From Escherichia coli (GTDB lineage Bacteria; Pseudomonadota; Gammaproteobacteria; Enterobacterales; Enterobacteriaceae), in NCBI RefSeq assembly GCF_009931435.1, contig NZ_CP043414.1: a DNA stretch of 64,000 bases. One strand, written 5' to 3'. Of the stretch, positions 41,740-53,641 are shown piece by piece. Positions within the stretch are counted from its first letter, which is position 1, and the number at the start of each line of letters is the position of its first letter. Under the pieces are notes generated by a model. It was not told the DNA's origin. It searched no databases and was given only the letters and a program-made list of their open reading frames with translations. Made by a program: the position numbers and the translations under genes.

Positions 41740-44466
41740 ATGGCTACAATTCATGTAGACGGCAAAGAATACGAGGTCAACGGAGCGGACAACCTGCTGG
41801 AAGCTTGTCTGTCTCTGGGCCTTGATATTCCTTACTTTTGCTGGCATCCGGCGCTGGGAAGCGTCGGTGCTTGCCGCCAGTGTGCGGTGAAGCAATACCA
41901 AAACGCGGAAGACACGCGTGGTCGCCTGGTGATGTCCTGTATGACACCGGCTTCCGATGGCACCTTTATTTCCATTGACGACGAAGAAGCGAAACAGTTC
42001 CGTGAAAGCGTGGTCGAGTGGTTGATGACCAACCACCCGCACGATTGTCCGGTATGTGAAGAGGGCGGTAACTGCCATCTTCAGGATATGACCGTGATGA
42101 CCGGACACAGCTTCCGTCGCTACCGTTTCACCAAACGTACCCACCGCAATCAGGATCTGGGGCCGTTCATCTCTCACGAAATGAACCGTTGCATCGCCTG
42201 CTACCGCTGCGTGCGTTACTACAAAGATTACGCTGACGGTACAGATCTGGGCGTTTACGGTGCACATGACAACGTCTACTTCGGTCGCCCGGAAGACGGC
42301 ACCCTGGAAAGCGAATTCTCCGGTAACCTGGTCGAAATTTGCCCGACCGGCGTATTCACCGACAAAACGCACTCCGAGCGTTATAACCGTAAATGGGATA
42401 TGCAGTTTGCGCCGAGCATCTGCCAGCAATGTTCCATCGGCTGTAACATCAGCCCCGGCGAGCGTTATGGCGAACTGCGTCGTATCGAAAACCGTTACAA
42501 CGGTACGGTAAACCACTACTTCCTCTGCGACCGAGGTCGTTTCGGTTACGGCTACGTCAACCTGAAAGATCGTCCGCGTCAGCCAGTACAGCGTCGTGGC
42601 GATGATTTCATTACCCTCAACGCCGAGCAGGCAATGCAGGGCGCGGCAGATATTCTGCGTCAGTCGAAGAAAGTCATCGGCATCGGTTCTCCGCGTGCCA
42701 GCGTGGAAAGCAACTTTGCGCTGCGTGAGCTGGTGGGCGAAGAAAACTTCTATACCGGTATCGCTCACGGTGAGCAGGAACGTCTGCAACTGGCACTAAA
42801 AGTGCTGCGTGAAGGCGGCATTTATACTCCGGCTCTGCGCGAAATCGAATCTTATGATGCGGTACTGGTGCTGGGCGAAGACGTTACCCAGACCGGCGCG
42901 CGCGTTGCGCTGGCAGTGCGTCAGGCGGTGAAAGGTAAAGCACGCGAAATGGCGGCAGCACAGAAAGTGGCTGACTGGCAGATTGCGGCAATCCTCAACA
43001 TTGGCCAACGTGCGAAGCATCCGCTGTTTGTGACTAACGTTGATGACACCCGTCTGGATGATATCGCGGCGTGGACTTACCGCGCACCGGTTGAAGATCA
43101 GGCGCGTTTAGGTTTTGCCATTGCCCATGCTCTGGATAACTCCGCGCCAGCGGTTGACGGTATCGAGCCTGAACTGCAAAGCAAAATCGACGTCATCGTG
43201 CAGGCACTGGCAGGTGCGAAGAAACCGTTAATTATCTCCGGGACGAACGCTGGTAGCGCTGAAGTGATTCAGGCAGCGGCTAACGTGGCGAAAGCCCTGA
43301 AAGGTCGCGGCGCTGACGTCGGTATCACCATGATTGCCCGTTCCGTCAACAGCATGGGGCTGGGCATTATGGGCGGTGGATCGCTTGAAGAAGCGTTAAC
43401 CGAACTGGAAACCGGACGCGCCGACGCGGTGGTGGTGCTGGAAAACGATCTGCATCGTCACGCTTCCGCTACCCGCGTGAATGCTGCGCTGGCGAAAGCG
43501 CCGCTGGTGATGGTGGTTGACCATCAACGCACGGCGATCATGGAAAACGCCCATCTGGTGCTTTCTGCCGCCAGCTTTGCTGAAAGCGACGGTACGGTGA
43601 TCAACAATGAAGGCCGTGCCCAACGTTTCTTCCAGGTTTACGATCCGGCTTATTACGACAGCAAAACTGTGATGCTGGAAAGCTGGCGCTGGCTGCACTC
43701 GCTGCACAGCACCCTACTGAGCCGTGAAGTGGACTGGACGCAGCTCGACCATGTGATTGACGCTGTTGTGGCGAAAATCCCGGAACTGGCAGGTATCAAA
43801 GATGCTGCGCCGGATGCGACATTCCGTATTCGTGGTCAGAAACTGGCCCGTGAGCCGCACCGTTACAGTGGTCGTACCGCCATGCGCGCCAACATCAGCG
43901 TTCATGAGCCGCGTCAGCCGCAGGATATTGACACCATGTTCACCTTCTCGATGGAGGGTAACAACCAGCCGACCGCGCACCGTTCGCAAGTGCCGTTTGC
44001 CTGGGCGCCGGGCTGGAACTCCCCGCAGGCGTGGAACAAATTCCAGGACGAAGTGGGCGGCAAACTGCGCTTTGGCGATCCGGGCGTGCGTCTGTTTGAA
44101 ACCAGCGAAAACGGTCTGGATTACTTCACCAGCGTACCGGCACGCTTCCAGCCGCAGGAAGGGAAATGGCGTATCGCGCCGTACTACCACCTGTTTGGCA
44201 GCGATGAATTGTCACAGCGTGCCCCGGTCTTCCATAGCCGTATGCCGCAACCGTACATCAAACTCAACCCAGCGGATGCCGCGAAGTTGGGAGTGAACGC
44301 GGGTACACGCGTCTCCTTTAGTTACGATGGCAACACGGTCACGCTGCCGGTTGAAATCGCCGAAGGACTGACGGCAGGGCAGGTGGGCTTGCCGATGGGC
44401 ATGTCCGGTATTGCTCCGGTGCTGGCTGGCGCGCATCTTGAGGATCTCAAGGAGGCACAACAATGA
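41740..44466 (+). CDS. nuoG: NADH-quinone oxidoreductase subunit G
   Basis: The ORF-track frame starts at 41734; the ATG at 41740 has better SD spacing (908 aa). N-terminal Fe-S cysteine clusters. Confidence 0.9.
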   Translation: MATIHVDGKEYEVNGADNLLEACLSLGLDIPYFCWHPALGSVGACRQCAVKQYQNAEDTRGRLVMSCMTPASDGTFISIDDEEAKQFRESVVEWLMTNHPHDCPVCEEGGNCHLQDMTVMTGHSFRRYRFTKRTHRNQDLGPFISHEMNRCIACYRCVRYYKDYADGTDLGVYGAHDNVYFGRPEDGTLESEFSGNLVEICPTGVFTDKTHSERYNRKWDMQFAPSICQQCSIGCNISPGERYGELRRIENRYNGTVNHYFLCDRGRFGYGYVNLKDRPRQPVQRRGDDFITLNAEQAMQGAADILRQSKKVIGIGSPRASVESNFALRELVGEENFYTGIAHGEQERLQLALKVLREGGIYTPALREIESYDAVLVLGEDVTQTGARVALAVRQAVKGKAREMAAAQKVADWQIAAILNIGQRAKHPLFVTNVDDTRLDDIAAWTYRAPVEDQARLGFAIAHALDNSAPAVDGIEPELQSKIDVIVQALAGAKKPLIISGTNAGSAEVIQAAANVAKALKGRGADVGITMIARSVNSMGLGIMGGGSLEEALTELETGRADAVVVLENDLHRHASATRVNAALAKAPLVMVVDHQRTAIMENAHLVLSAASFAESDGTVINNEGRAQRFFQVYDPAYYDSKTVMLESWRWLHSLHSTLLSREVDWTQLDHVIDAVVAKIPELAGIKDAAPDATFRIRGQKLAREPHRYSGRTAMRANISVHEPRQPQDIDTMFTFSMEGNNQPTAHRSQVPFAWAPGWNSPQAWNKFQDEVGGKLRFGDPGVRLFETSENGLDYFTSVPARFQPQEGKWRIAPYYHLFGSDELSQRAPVFHSRMPQPYIKLNPADAAKLGVNAGTRVSFSYDGNTVTLPVEIAEGLTAGQVGLPMGMSGIAPVLAGAHLEDLKEAQQ

Positions 44467-45440
44467 GTTGGATATCACCGGAACTGATTGAGATCCTGCT
44501 GACCATCCTCAAAGCGGTGGTGATCCTGCTGGTAGTTGTCACCTGCGGGGCATTCATGAGCTTTGGCGAACGTCGCCTGCTGGGTCTGTTCCAGAACCGT
44601 TACGGACCTAACCGTGTTGGCTGGGGCGGTTCGCTCCAGCTGGTCGCGGACATGATCAAAATGTTCTTTAAAGAAGACTGGATCCCGAAATTCTCGGATC
44701 GCGTCATCTTTACCCTGGCACCGATGATTGCCTTTACCTCGCTGCTGCTGGCCTTTGCGATTGTGCCAGTCAGTCCGGGTTGGGTAGTTGCCGACCTGAA
44801 CATCGGGATTTTGTTCTTCCTGATGATGGCAGGTCTGGCGGTTTACGCGGTGCTGTTTGCGGGCTGGTCAAGTAACAACAAATACTCGCTGCTGGGTGCG
44901 ATGCGTGCTTCTGCGCAGACCCTGAGCTACGAAGTGTTCCTCGGGCTTTCCCTGATGGGCGTGGTGGCGCAGGCCGGTTCATTCAACATGACCGACATCG
45001 TTAACAGCCAGGCGCACGTGTGGAACGTCATCCCGCAATTCTTTGGTTTTATTACCTTTGCCATCGCGGGCGTGGCGGTGTGTCACCGTCACCCGTTTGA
45101 CCAGCCGGAAGCCGAGCAGGAACTGGCGGATGGTTACCACATTGAATATTCCGGCATGAAGTTCGGTCTGTTCTTCGTGGGCGAATACATCGGGATTGTG
45201 ACCATCTCCGCATTGATGGTGACGCTGTTCTTCGGTGGCTGGCAAGGCCCGTTCTTACCGCCATTCATCTGGTTCGCGCTGAAAACCGCGTTCTTTATGA
45301 TGATGTTCATTTTGATTCGTGCGTCGTTACCGCGTCCGCGTTATGACCAGGTAATGTCCTTCGGCTGGAAAATCTGCCTGCCGCTGACGCTGATCAACTT
45401 GCTGGTAACGGCGGCTGTCATTCTCTGGCAGGCGCAATAA
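44463..45440 (+). CDS. nuoH: NADH-quinone oxidoreductase subunit H
   Basis: 325-aa polytopic membrane ORF; overlaps the nuoG stop. Confidence 0.9.
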
Positions 45441-45454
45441 GGGGCACTAAGACC

Positions 45455-45997
45455 ATGACCTTAAAAGAATTGTTAGTAGGTTTCGGCACCCAGGTTCGTA
45501 GTATCTGGATGATCGGCCTGCACGCGTTCGCCAAACGCGAAACGCGAATGTACCCGGAAGAGCCGGTCTATCTGCCGCCCCGTTATCGTGGTCGCATCGT
45601 TCTGACCCGCGACCCGGATGGCGAAGAGCGTTGCGTAGCCTGTAACCTCTGCGCGGTCGCCTGCCCGGTCGGCTGTATCTCGCTGCAAAAAGCAGAAACC
45701 AAAGACGGTCGCTGGTATCCGGAATTTTTCCGCATCAACTTCTCACGCTGCATTTTCTGTGGTCTGTGCGAAGAAGCCTGTCCGACCACGGCGATTCAGT
45801 TAACCCCGGATTTCGAAATGGGGGAATACAAGCGCCAGGATCTGGTTTATGAGAAAGAGGATCTGCTGATCTCCGGTCCGGGCAAATACCCGGAATATAA
45901 CTTCTACCGGATGGCAGGTATGGCAATCGACGGCAAAGATAAGGGCGAAGCAGAGAACGAAGCCAAGCCTATCGACGTCAAGAGCCTGTTACCGTAA
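45455..45997 (+). CDS. nuoI: NADH-quinone oxidoreductase subunit I
   Basis: 180-aa ORF; two 4Fe-4S ferredoxin motifs [12 protein letters not shown] and [12 protein letters not shown]. Confidence 0.95.
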
Positions 45998-46008
45998 GGA
46001 GAGGGGCA

Positions 46009-46563
46009 ATGGAGTTCGCTTTTTATATCTGTGGCCTGATAGCCATACTTGCGACCTTGCGAGTGATCACCCATACCAATCCGGTACACGCATTGCTGTA
46101 CCTGATTATTTCGCTGCTGGCGATTTCCGGGGTGTTCTTCTCACTGGGCGCTTACTTCGCCGGTGCGCTGGAAATTATCGTCTACGCGGGTGCCATTATG
46201 GTGCTGTTCGTGTTCGTGGTGATGATGCTCAACCTGGGCGGTTCGGAAATCGAACAGGAACGCCAGTGGCTGAAACCGCAGGTGTGGATTGGTCCGGCAA
46301 TTTTGTCAGCCATCATGCTGGTGGTGATTGTTTACGCCATTCTCGGTGTTAACGATCAGGGTATCGACGGTACGCCAATCAGTGCTAAAGCAGTGGGTAT
46401 TACGCTGTTCGGGCCTTACGTACTGGCGGTGGAACTGGCTTCTATGCTGCTGCTGGCTGGTCTGGTTGTGGCCTTCCACGTCGGTCGTGAAGAGCGTGCG
46501 GGTGAAGTGCTGAGCAATCGTAAAGACGACAGCGCGAAAAGAAAAACGGAGGAGCACGCATGA
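46009..46563 (+). CDS. nuoJ: NADH-quinone oxidoreductase subunit J
   Basis: 184-aa membrane ORF. Confidence 0.9.
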
Positions 46564-46862
46564 TCCCCTTACAACATGGACTGATCCTCGCGGCAATCTT
46601 ATTCGTTCTTGGCTTAACCGGTCTGGTTATCCGTCGCAATCTGCTCTTTATGCTGATTGGTCTGGAAATCATGATTAACGCCTCTGCGCTGGCCTTTGTG
46701 GTCGCCGGAAGCTACTGGGGTCAGACCGACGGTCAGGTGATGTACATTCTCGCCATCAGCCTCGCGGCGGCGGAAGCGAGTATCGGCCTTGCGCTGCTGC
46801 TGCAACTTCACCGTCGTCGCCAGAACCTGAACATCGATTCAGTAAGTGAGATGCGCGGATGA
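46560..46862 (+). CDS. nuoK: NADH-quinone oxidoreductase subunit K
   Basis: 100-aa membrane ORF; overlaps nuoJ and nuoL. Confidence 0.9.
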
Positions 46863-48700
46863 ACATGCTTGCCTTAACCATTATTTTGCCATTGATTGGC
46901 TTCGTCTTGCTGGCGTTCTCCCGTGGGCGCTGGTCTGAAAATGTCTCGGCGATCGTGGGCGTAGGCTCTGTGGGCCTGGCGGCGCTGGTAACCGCCTTTA
47001 TCGGCGTTGACTTCTTCGCTAACGGCGAGCAGGCATACAGCCAGCCGCTGTGGACATGGATGTCGGTAGGCGACTTTAACATCGGTTTCAATCTGGTGCT
47101 GGACGGCCTGTCGCTGACCATGCTCTCGGTGGTCACCGGTGTCGGTTTCCTTATTCACATGTACGCCTCCTGGTATATGCGTGGTGAAGAGGGCTACTCT
47201 CGCTTCTTCGCCTACACCAACCTGTTCATCGCCAGCATGGTGGTTCTGGTTCTTGCCGACAACCTGCTGCTGATGTACCTCGGCTGGGAAGGCGTGGGCC
47301 TGTGCTCCTATCTGTTGATCGGTTTCTATTACACCGATCCGAAGAATGGCGCAGCGGCAATGAAAGCGTTTGTCGTGACCCGTGTGGGTGACGTGTTCCT
47401 CGCTTTCGCGCTGTTCATTCTCTACAACGAACTGGGCACCCTGAACTTCCGTGAAATGGTGGAACTGGCACCCGCGCACTTTGCTGACGGCAATAACATG
47501 CTGATGTGGGCGACGCTGATGCTGCTGGGCGGTGCGGTTGGTAAATCTGCGCAGCTACCGTTGCAGACATGGCTTGCCGACGCGATGGCTGGCCCGACAC
47601 CTGTCTCCGCGCTGATCCACGCCGCAACGATGGTAACCGCGGGTGTCTACCTGATCGCCCGTACCCACGGCCTGTTCCTGATGACACCAGAAGTTCTGCA
47701 TCTGGTGGGTATTGTCGGGGCAGTTACGCTGCTGCTGGCCGGTTTTGCCGCGCTGGTACAGACCGACATCAAACGTGTTCTCGCTTACTCCACCATGAGC
47801 CAGATTGGCTACATGTTCCTTGCGCTTGGCGTACAGGCATGGGATGCGGCGATTTTCCACTTGATGACCCACGCGTTCTTTAAAGCGCTGCTGTTCCTGG
47901 CATCCGGTTCCGTCATTCTGGCCTGCCATCACGAACAGAACATCTTCAAGATGGGCGGTCTGCGTAAATCTATTCCGCTGGTTTATCTCTGCTTCCTGGT
48001 GGGTGGTGCAGCACTGTCGGCACTGCCGCTGGTTACTGCGGGCTTCTTCAGTAAGGATGAGATCCTCGCTGGTGCGATGGCGAATGGTCATATCAATCTG
48101 ATGGTGGCAGGTCTGGTCGGTGCGTTTATGACCTCTCTCTACACCTTCCGTATGATTTTCATCGTCTTCCACGGGAAAGAACAAATTCACGCTCACGCCG
48201 TGAAAGGGATTACTCACAGCCTGCCGCTGATTGTGCTGCTGATCCTTTCCACCTTCGTTGGCGCACTGATTGTACCGCCGCTGCAGGGCGTGCTTCCGCA
48301 AACTACGGAACTGGCGCACGGCAGCATGTTGACCCTGGAAATTACCTCTGGCGTGGTCGCGGTGGTTGGTATTCTGCTGGCAGCCTGGCTGTGGCTGGGT
48401 AAACGTACTCTGGTGACCTCCATCGCCAACAGTGCGCCGGGCCGTCTGCTGGGTACCTGGTGGTACAACGCCTGGGGCTTTGACTGGCTGTACGACAAAG
48501 TGTTCGTCAAGCCGTTCCTGGGTATTGCCTGGTTGCTGAAACGCGATCCGCTGAACTCAATGATGAACATCCCGGCTGTCCTTTCCCGCTTTGCAGGTAA
48601 AGGTCTGCTGTTAAGCGAGAACGGTTATCTGCGCTGGTATGTGGCATCCATGAGCATCGGTGCGGTCGTGGTGCTGGCACTGTTGATGGTACTGCGTTGA
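46859..48700 (+). CDS. nuoL: NADH-quinone oxidoreductase subunit L
   Basis: 613-aa antiporter-like membrane ORF. Confidence 0.9.
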
Positions 48701-48738
48701 GTTAAGGATTGTGGGCTTGCCCCTGGGCATATAAGAAC

Positions 48739-48775
48739 GTAGGTCGGATAAGCCGCCTTCGCGGCGCATCCGACA
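48739..48775. repeat. REP element in the nuoL-nuoM intercistronic gap
   Basis: gtaggtcggataagccgccttcgcggcgcatccgaca, a canonical REP palindrome inside the operon. Confidence 0.7.
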
Positions 48776-48865
48776 CTACAACCACAATCCGAAGAGAATT
48801 TTCTGTCGTGAGAATTCGTTGAAAATCCGGTCCTGACGGGACTTTTACAAGGAATAAAGATCGCC

Positions 48866-50395
48866 ATGTTACTACCCTGGCTAATATTAATTCCCTTTAT
48901 CGGCGGCTTCCTGTGCTGGCAGACCGAACGCTTTGGCGTCAAGGTGCCGCGCTGGATCGCGCTGATCACCATGGGATTGACGCTGGCGCTGTCGCTGCAA
49001 CTGTGGTTGCAGGGCGGTTATTCACTGACGCAATCCGCCGGAATTCCGCAGTGGCAGTCTGAATTCGACATGCCGTGGATCCCGCGTTTTGGTATCTCTA
49101 TCCATCTCGCCATTGACGGGCTATCGCTGCTGATGGTCGTGCTGACCGGTCTGCTCGGTGTGCTGGCGGTACTCTGTTCGTGGAAAGAGATCGAAAAATA
49201 TCAGGGCTTCTTCCACCTCAACCTGATGTGGATCCTGGGCGGCGTTATCGGCGTGTTCCTTGCCATCGACATGTTCCTGTTCTTCTTCTTCTGGGAAATG
49301 ATGCTGGTGCCGATGTACTTCCTGATCGCACTGTGGGGGCATAAAGCCTCTGACGGTAAAACGCGTATCACGGCGGCAACCAAGTTCTTCATTTACACCC
49401 AGGCGAGTGGTCTGGTGATGCTGATCGCCATCCTGGCGCTGGTTTTTGTTCACTACAATGCGACTGGCGTCTGGACCTTCAACTATGAAGAGCTGCTGAA
49501 TACGCCAATGTCTAACGGCGTGGAATATTTGCTGATGCTGGGCTTCTTCATCGCATTTGCGGTGAAAATGCCGGTGGTTCCGCTGCATGGCTGGCTGCCG
49601 GATGCGCACTCCCAGGCTCCGACCGCCGGTTCCGTTGACCTCGCGGGGATCTTGCTGAAAACTGCCGCTTACGGTTTGCTGCGTTTCTCCCTGCCGCTGT
49701 TCCCGAACGCGTCGGCAGAGTTTGCACCAATCGCTATGTGGCTGGGTGTTATCGGCATCTTCTACGGTGCGTGGATGGCCTTCGCCCAGACCGATATCAA
49801 ACGTCTGATCGCCTACACCTCGGTTTCCCACATGGGCTTCGTGCTGATTGCTATCTACACCGGCAGCCAGTTAGCCTACCAGGGCGCGGTCATTCAGATG
49901 ATTGCTCACGGCTTGTCGGCGGCGGGTCTGTTTATTCTCTGCGGTCAGCTTTATGAGCGTATCCATACCCGCGATATGCGCATGATGGGCGGTCTGTGGA
50001 GCAAAATGAAATGGCTGCCAGCACTGTCACTGTTCTTTGCGGTGGCAACGCTTGGGATGCCGGGCACCGGTAACTTCGTCGGCGAATTTATGATTCTGTT
50101 CGGCAGCTTCCAGGTTGTCCCGGTGATTACCGTTATCTCTACCTTTGGGCTGGTCTTTGCATCTGTTTATTCGCTGGCGATGTTGCATCGCGCTTACTTC
50201 GGTAAAGCGAAAAGCCAGATTGCCAGCCAGGAACTGCCAGGGATGTCGCTGCGTGAGCTGTTTATGATCCTGTTGCTGGTGGTGCTGCTGGTACTGCTGG
50301 GCTTCTATCCGCAGCCGATTCTGGATACCTCGCACTCCGCGATTGGCAATATCCAGCAGTGGTTTGTTAATTCCGTTACTACTACAAGGCCGTAA
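48866..50395 (+). CDS. nuoM: NADH-quinone oxidoreductase subunit M
   Basis: 509-aa antiporter-like membrane ORF. Confidence 0.9.
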   Translation: MLLPWLILIPFIGGFLCWQTERFGVKVPRWIALITMGLTLALSLQLWLQGGYSLTQSAGIPQWQSEFDMPWIPRFGISIHLAIDGLSLLMVVLTGLLGVLAVLCSWKEIEKYQGFFHLNLMWILGGVIGVFLAIDMFLFFFFWEMMLVPMYFLIALWGHKASDGKTRITAATKFFIYTQASGLVMLIAILALVFVHYNATGVWTFNYEELLNTPMSNGVEYLLMLGFFIAFAVKMPVVPLHGWLPDAHSQAPTAGSVDLAGILLKTAAYGLLRFSLPLFPNASAEFAPIAMWLGVIGIFYGAWMAFAQTDIKRLIAYTSVSHMGFVLIAIYTGSQLAYQGAVIQMIAHGLSAAGLFILCGQLYERIHTRDMRMMGGLWSKMKWLPALSLFFAVATLGMPGTGNFVGEFMILFGSFQVVPVITVISTFGLVFASVYSLAMLHRAYFGKAKSQIASQELPGMSLRELFMILLLVVLLVLLGFYPQPILDTSHSAIGNIQQWFVNSVTTTRP

Positions 50396-50401
50396 ATCGC
50401 C

Positions 50402-51859
50402 ATGACAATAACTCCACAAAACCTGATCGCACTGCTACCGTTGCTGATCGTCGGCTTGACGGTGGTGGTTGTGATGCTCTCCATTGCGTGGCGACGCAAT
50501 CATTTCCTCAACGCTACGATCTCGGTTATTGGGCTTAACGCGGCGCTGGTTTCGCTCTGGTTTGTCGGCCAGGCGGGCGCTATGGACGTTACGCCGCTGA
50601 TGCGCGTTGATGGTTTCGCCATGCTTTACACCGGGCTGGTATTGTTGGCGAGCCTCGCCACCTGTACTTTCGCCTACCCGTGGCTTGAAGGCTATAACGA
50701 CAACAAGGACGAGTTCTACCTGTTGGTGTTAATTGCCGCGCTGGGCGGGATCCTGCTGGCGAATGCCAACCATCTGGCGTCTCTGTTCCTCGGTATTGAA
50801 CTGATCTCTTTGCCGCTGTTTGGCCTGGTCGGTTACGCTTTCCGCCAGAAACGTTCGCTGGAAGCCAGTATCAAATACACTATCCTTTCTGCCGCAGCGT
50901 CTTCTTTCCTGCTGTTCGGTATGGCGCTGGTGTATGCGCAGTCTGGCGACCTGTCGTTTGTCGCGCTGGGTAAAAACCTCGGCGACGGTATGCTCAACGA
51001 GCCGCTGTTGCTGGCAGGTTTCGGCCTGATGATTGTTGGCCTTGGCTTCAAACTCTCTCTGGTGCCGTTCCACCTGTGGACGCCAGACGTATACCAGGGC
51101 GCGCCTGCGCCGGTTTCCACTTTCCTGGCGACGGCGAGCAAAATCGCTATCTTCGGCGTGGTGATGCGTCTGTTCCTTTACGCACCAGTGGGCGACAGCG
51201 AAGCGATTCGCGTGGTGCTGGCGATTATCGCCTTTGCCTCTATCATCTTCGGTAACCTGATGGCGCTGAGCCAGACCAATATCAAACGTCTGCTCGGTTA
51301 CTCATCTATCTCTCACCTCGGCTATCTGCTGGTGGCGCTGATTGCGCTGCAAACTGGCGAGATGTCGATGGAAGCGGTAGGGGTTTACCTGGCCGGTTAT
51401 CTGTTCAGCAGCCTCGGCGCGTTCGGCGTGGTCAGCCTGATGTCCAGCCCGTATCGTGGCCCGGATGCTGATTCCCTGTTCTCTTACCGCGGTCTGTTCT
51501 GGCATCGTCCGATCCTCGCGGCAGTGATGACGGTGATGATGCTGTCACTGGCGGGTATCCCAATGACGCTGGGCTTTATCGGTAAGTTCTATGTGCTGGC
51601 GGTCGGTGTCCAGGCACACTTGTGGTGGCTGGTGGGTGCGGTGGTTGTCGGTTCGGCAATCGGCCTCTACTACTACCTGCGCGTAGCGGTGAGCTTATAC
51701 CTGCACGCCCCGGAGCAACCGGGTCGCGACGCACCGTCAAACTGGCAGTACAGCGCGGGTGGTATCGTGGTGCTGATCTCTGCACTGTTGGTACTGGTGC
51801 TGGGTGTATGGCCGCAACCGCTGATTAGCATTGTGCGGTTAGCAATGCCGCTGATGTAA
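50402..51859 (+). CDS. nuoN: NADH-quinone oxidoreductase subunit N
   Basis: 485-aa antiporter-like membrane ORF; last gene of the nuo operon. Confidence 0.9.
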   Translation: MTITPQNLIALLPLLIVGLTVVVVMLSIAWRRNHFLNATISVIGLNAALVSLWFVGQAGAMDVTPLMRVDGFAMLYTGLVLLASLATCTFAYPWLEGYNDNKDEFYLLVLIAALGGILLANANHLASLFLGIELISLPLFGLVGYAFRQKRSLEASIKYTILSAAASSFLLFGMALVYAQSGDLSFVALGKNLGDGMLNEPLLLAGFGLMIVGLGFKLSLVPFHLWTPDVYQGAPAPVSTFLATASKIAIFGVVMRLFLYAPVGDSEAIRVVLAIIAFASIIFGNLMALSQTNIKRLLGYSSISHLGYLLVALIALQTGEMSMEAVGVYLAGYLFSSLGAFGVVSLMSSPYRGPDADSLFSYRGLFWHRPILAAVMTVMMLSLAGIPMTLGFIGKFYVLAVGVQAHLWWLVGAVVVGSAIGLYYYLRVAVSLYLHAPEQPGRDAPSNWQYSAGGIVVLISALLVLVLGVWPQPLISIVRLAMPLM

Positions 51860-51883
51860 GCTGTCAGTTCGTAAGTCAGAAAG

Positions 51884-51910
51884 CCGCCGACAAGTTCGGC
51901 GGTTTTTTTT
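51884..51910 (+). terminator. Rho-independent terminator of the nuo operon
   Basis: ccgccga-caagt-tcggcgg hairpin followed by 8 T. Confidence 0.8.
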
Positions 51911-51926
51911 GGTGCCCTGACCCCCA

Positions 51927-52430
51927 TCACCCAACAATAACCGTCAGCGCATGATTCCCTTGCCGCAGCATACGTCGATACGCGCTAATCAGCTTTTCCA
52001 TATCGAGCATGATCGAAGCAAAGAGTTGCCCCTCTAACTCTTCTGAAAAGGTTACTCCCGGATAAATCTCCATTTCATTGAGTCGTTTAATGGAAAACTG
52101 TTTACGCAGCACATTTCGGTCAAGAGCTTCCAGTCGGTCGATTGTCGCGGCTAACTCCTGATTCCAGGTCAATCCCAGGAATCCATCTATGCCATCTTCG
52201 AGGCTGTGTTCACCAAGCACGGCACGACTCAGCGGATCATTCTTCGCGGGATCAAAAGCAGAGGTGCCTGTCAGCCCAAAGTGTAAAAAATCCCAGCGTT
52301 TATCAATATCCAGTCGGCGTAATCCTGAAAGCGTGTCATGTATATTATCCATCAAAGGTTTTTGAGTAGACTCAAGAAGTTGGTTAATCTTTTCTGAGTC
52401 AATTTCTGCAAAATAGCCAATCATTCCCAT
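51927..52430 (-). CDS. yfbM: DUF1877-family protein
   Basis: 167-aa ORF; size and position consistent with yfbM. It lies 67 bp from the nuoN stop in this strain. Confidence 0.7.
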   Translation of the reverse strand: MGMIGYFAEIDSEKINQLLESTQKPLMDNIHDTLSGLRRLDIDKRWDFLHFGLTGTSAFDPAKNDPLSRAVLGEHSLEDGIDGFLGLTWNQELAATIDRLEALDRNVLRKQFSIKRLNEMEIYPGVTFSEELEGQLFASIMLDMEKLISAYRRMLRQGNHALTVIVG

Positions 52431-52532
52431 TTTATTTTCCTCCGTTGAATTTCATGTTTCGCATCTTAAAACAGACGAGGGAAAATAAAATGTACATGTC
52501 GCTTTTTCTGGACCCGCCTCGAGAAATTTTTA

Positions 52533-53510
52533 TTATTTACTGTTGTATAACAAAGTTATAACCCCATCCACTACCTGAGCCATTTTCTGATAATTCAATC
52601 TGTCTGCGGTATCACCGGGCAAGTGGTATTGTTTATTACGATAAAAAGCGGTGTCGGTAATCATTACGGCGGGAATATCGTGTTGCCAATAATTAAGGTG
52701 ATCAGAGAAATCAATACCGGGAATAAACCCTGGGGCATTCATAGAATAAACAGATAAATCCTGAGATGACAACAATGCCGCTTTTAGCTGACGAACGGCG
52801 TTGATATCCTGCATTCTGCCGACCACGGCAATAAAGTCTCCCCGATCGGGATAAAGCCAGGACATTGCCGGGTAAGGGTAATCCTGACTACCAGGCGCAG
52901 AGTCGTAATAGCCAATCATCTCCAGCGCTATCATTAATCTAACTGGACGCTCAAGCGAAGCTGCATGTACCGCGCTCCCCATTTCATCGCTACGAAAGAA
53001 GGGCGGTTCTTCCGACGCATAGGCGACCAGCTGCACGCCAGTTTTCGGTGCTTGCTGCTGTAACAAACGTGCCAGTTCGAGTAATCCTGCCACGCCGCTG
53101 GCGTTATCATCCGCGCCCGGCGTATAGGTCAATTGATCGTTTTCATAACTGCTGACAGAATCATAGTGCGCACCAATAATAATCAGCGGTCCATCGGCAG
53201 GACCATAATCAGCAACAATGTTTTTGTAGGGACCTCCCGTAATGGGGACGTCCTGCGCGGTAACGCTGGCACCGCTACTGATAAAGACCTCTTTTATATA
53301 TTCTGCGGACCTTTTCAGATTATCAATATTGTCGGCACTACGGGGATGCACAGTTTGTGTAAGATAACGAACTGTTTTTTCTAATTGCTCAGGACTTGTG
53401 TGTCGGGGCGTTGGCGGTAATGCATTGACCCAGGGTTGGTAAAAAATAATCAGAGGGAGTGAAAACAGAATTAATATAATAAAAGCAAAGTTTATTTTTT
53501 TCATATGCAA
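52533..53510 (-). CDS. yfbL: Secreted M28-family (aminopeptidase-like) zinc peptidase
   Basis: 325-aa ORF with N-terminal signal/anchor (MHMKKINFAFIILILFSLPLIIF); M28 motifs IIGAHYDS and ASEEPPFF. Confidence 0.8.
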   Translation of the reverse strand: MHMKKINFAFIILILFSLPLIIFYQPWVNALPPTPRHTSPEQLEKTVRYLTQTVHPRSADNIDNLKRSAEYIKEVFISSGASVTAQDVPITGGPYKNIVADYGPADGPLIIIGAHYDSVSSYENDQLTYTPGADDNASGVAGLLELARLLQQQAPKTGVQLVAYASEEPPFFRSDEMGSAVHAASLERPVRLMIALEMIGYYDSAPGSQDYPYPAMSWLYPDRGDFIAVVGRMQDINAVRQLKAALLSSQDLSVYSMNAPGFIPGIDFSDHLNYWQHDIPAVMITDTAFYRNKQYHLPGDTADRLNYQKMAQVVDGVITLLYNSK

Positions 53511-53641
53511 ATTATTAATGGGTTGCGTTATTGAATCATTATTTGTTATAGGTTTCGATATTGTATTTTATTAAGATTAGCAGGATTATACAAAGAGTAT
53601 ATTTTATGTCTGGTGCCTGAGTTTATTTAAAAGGATTTTAT

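Noticed and set aside
41737-42789. 350-aa minus-strand ORF antisense to the nuoG 5' region (and 307-aa ORF 38837-39760 antisense to nuoC)
   Set aside because: Antisense codon-bias artefacts inside the strongly supported nuo operon; no SD or motif.
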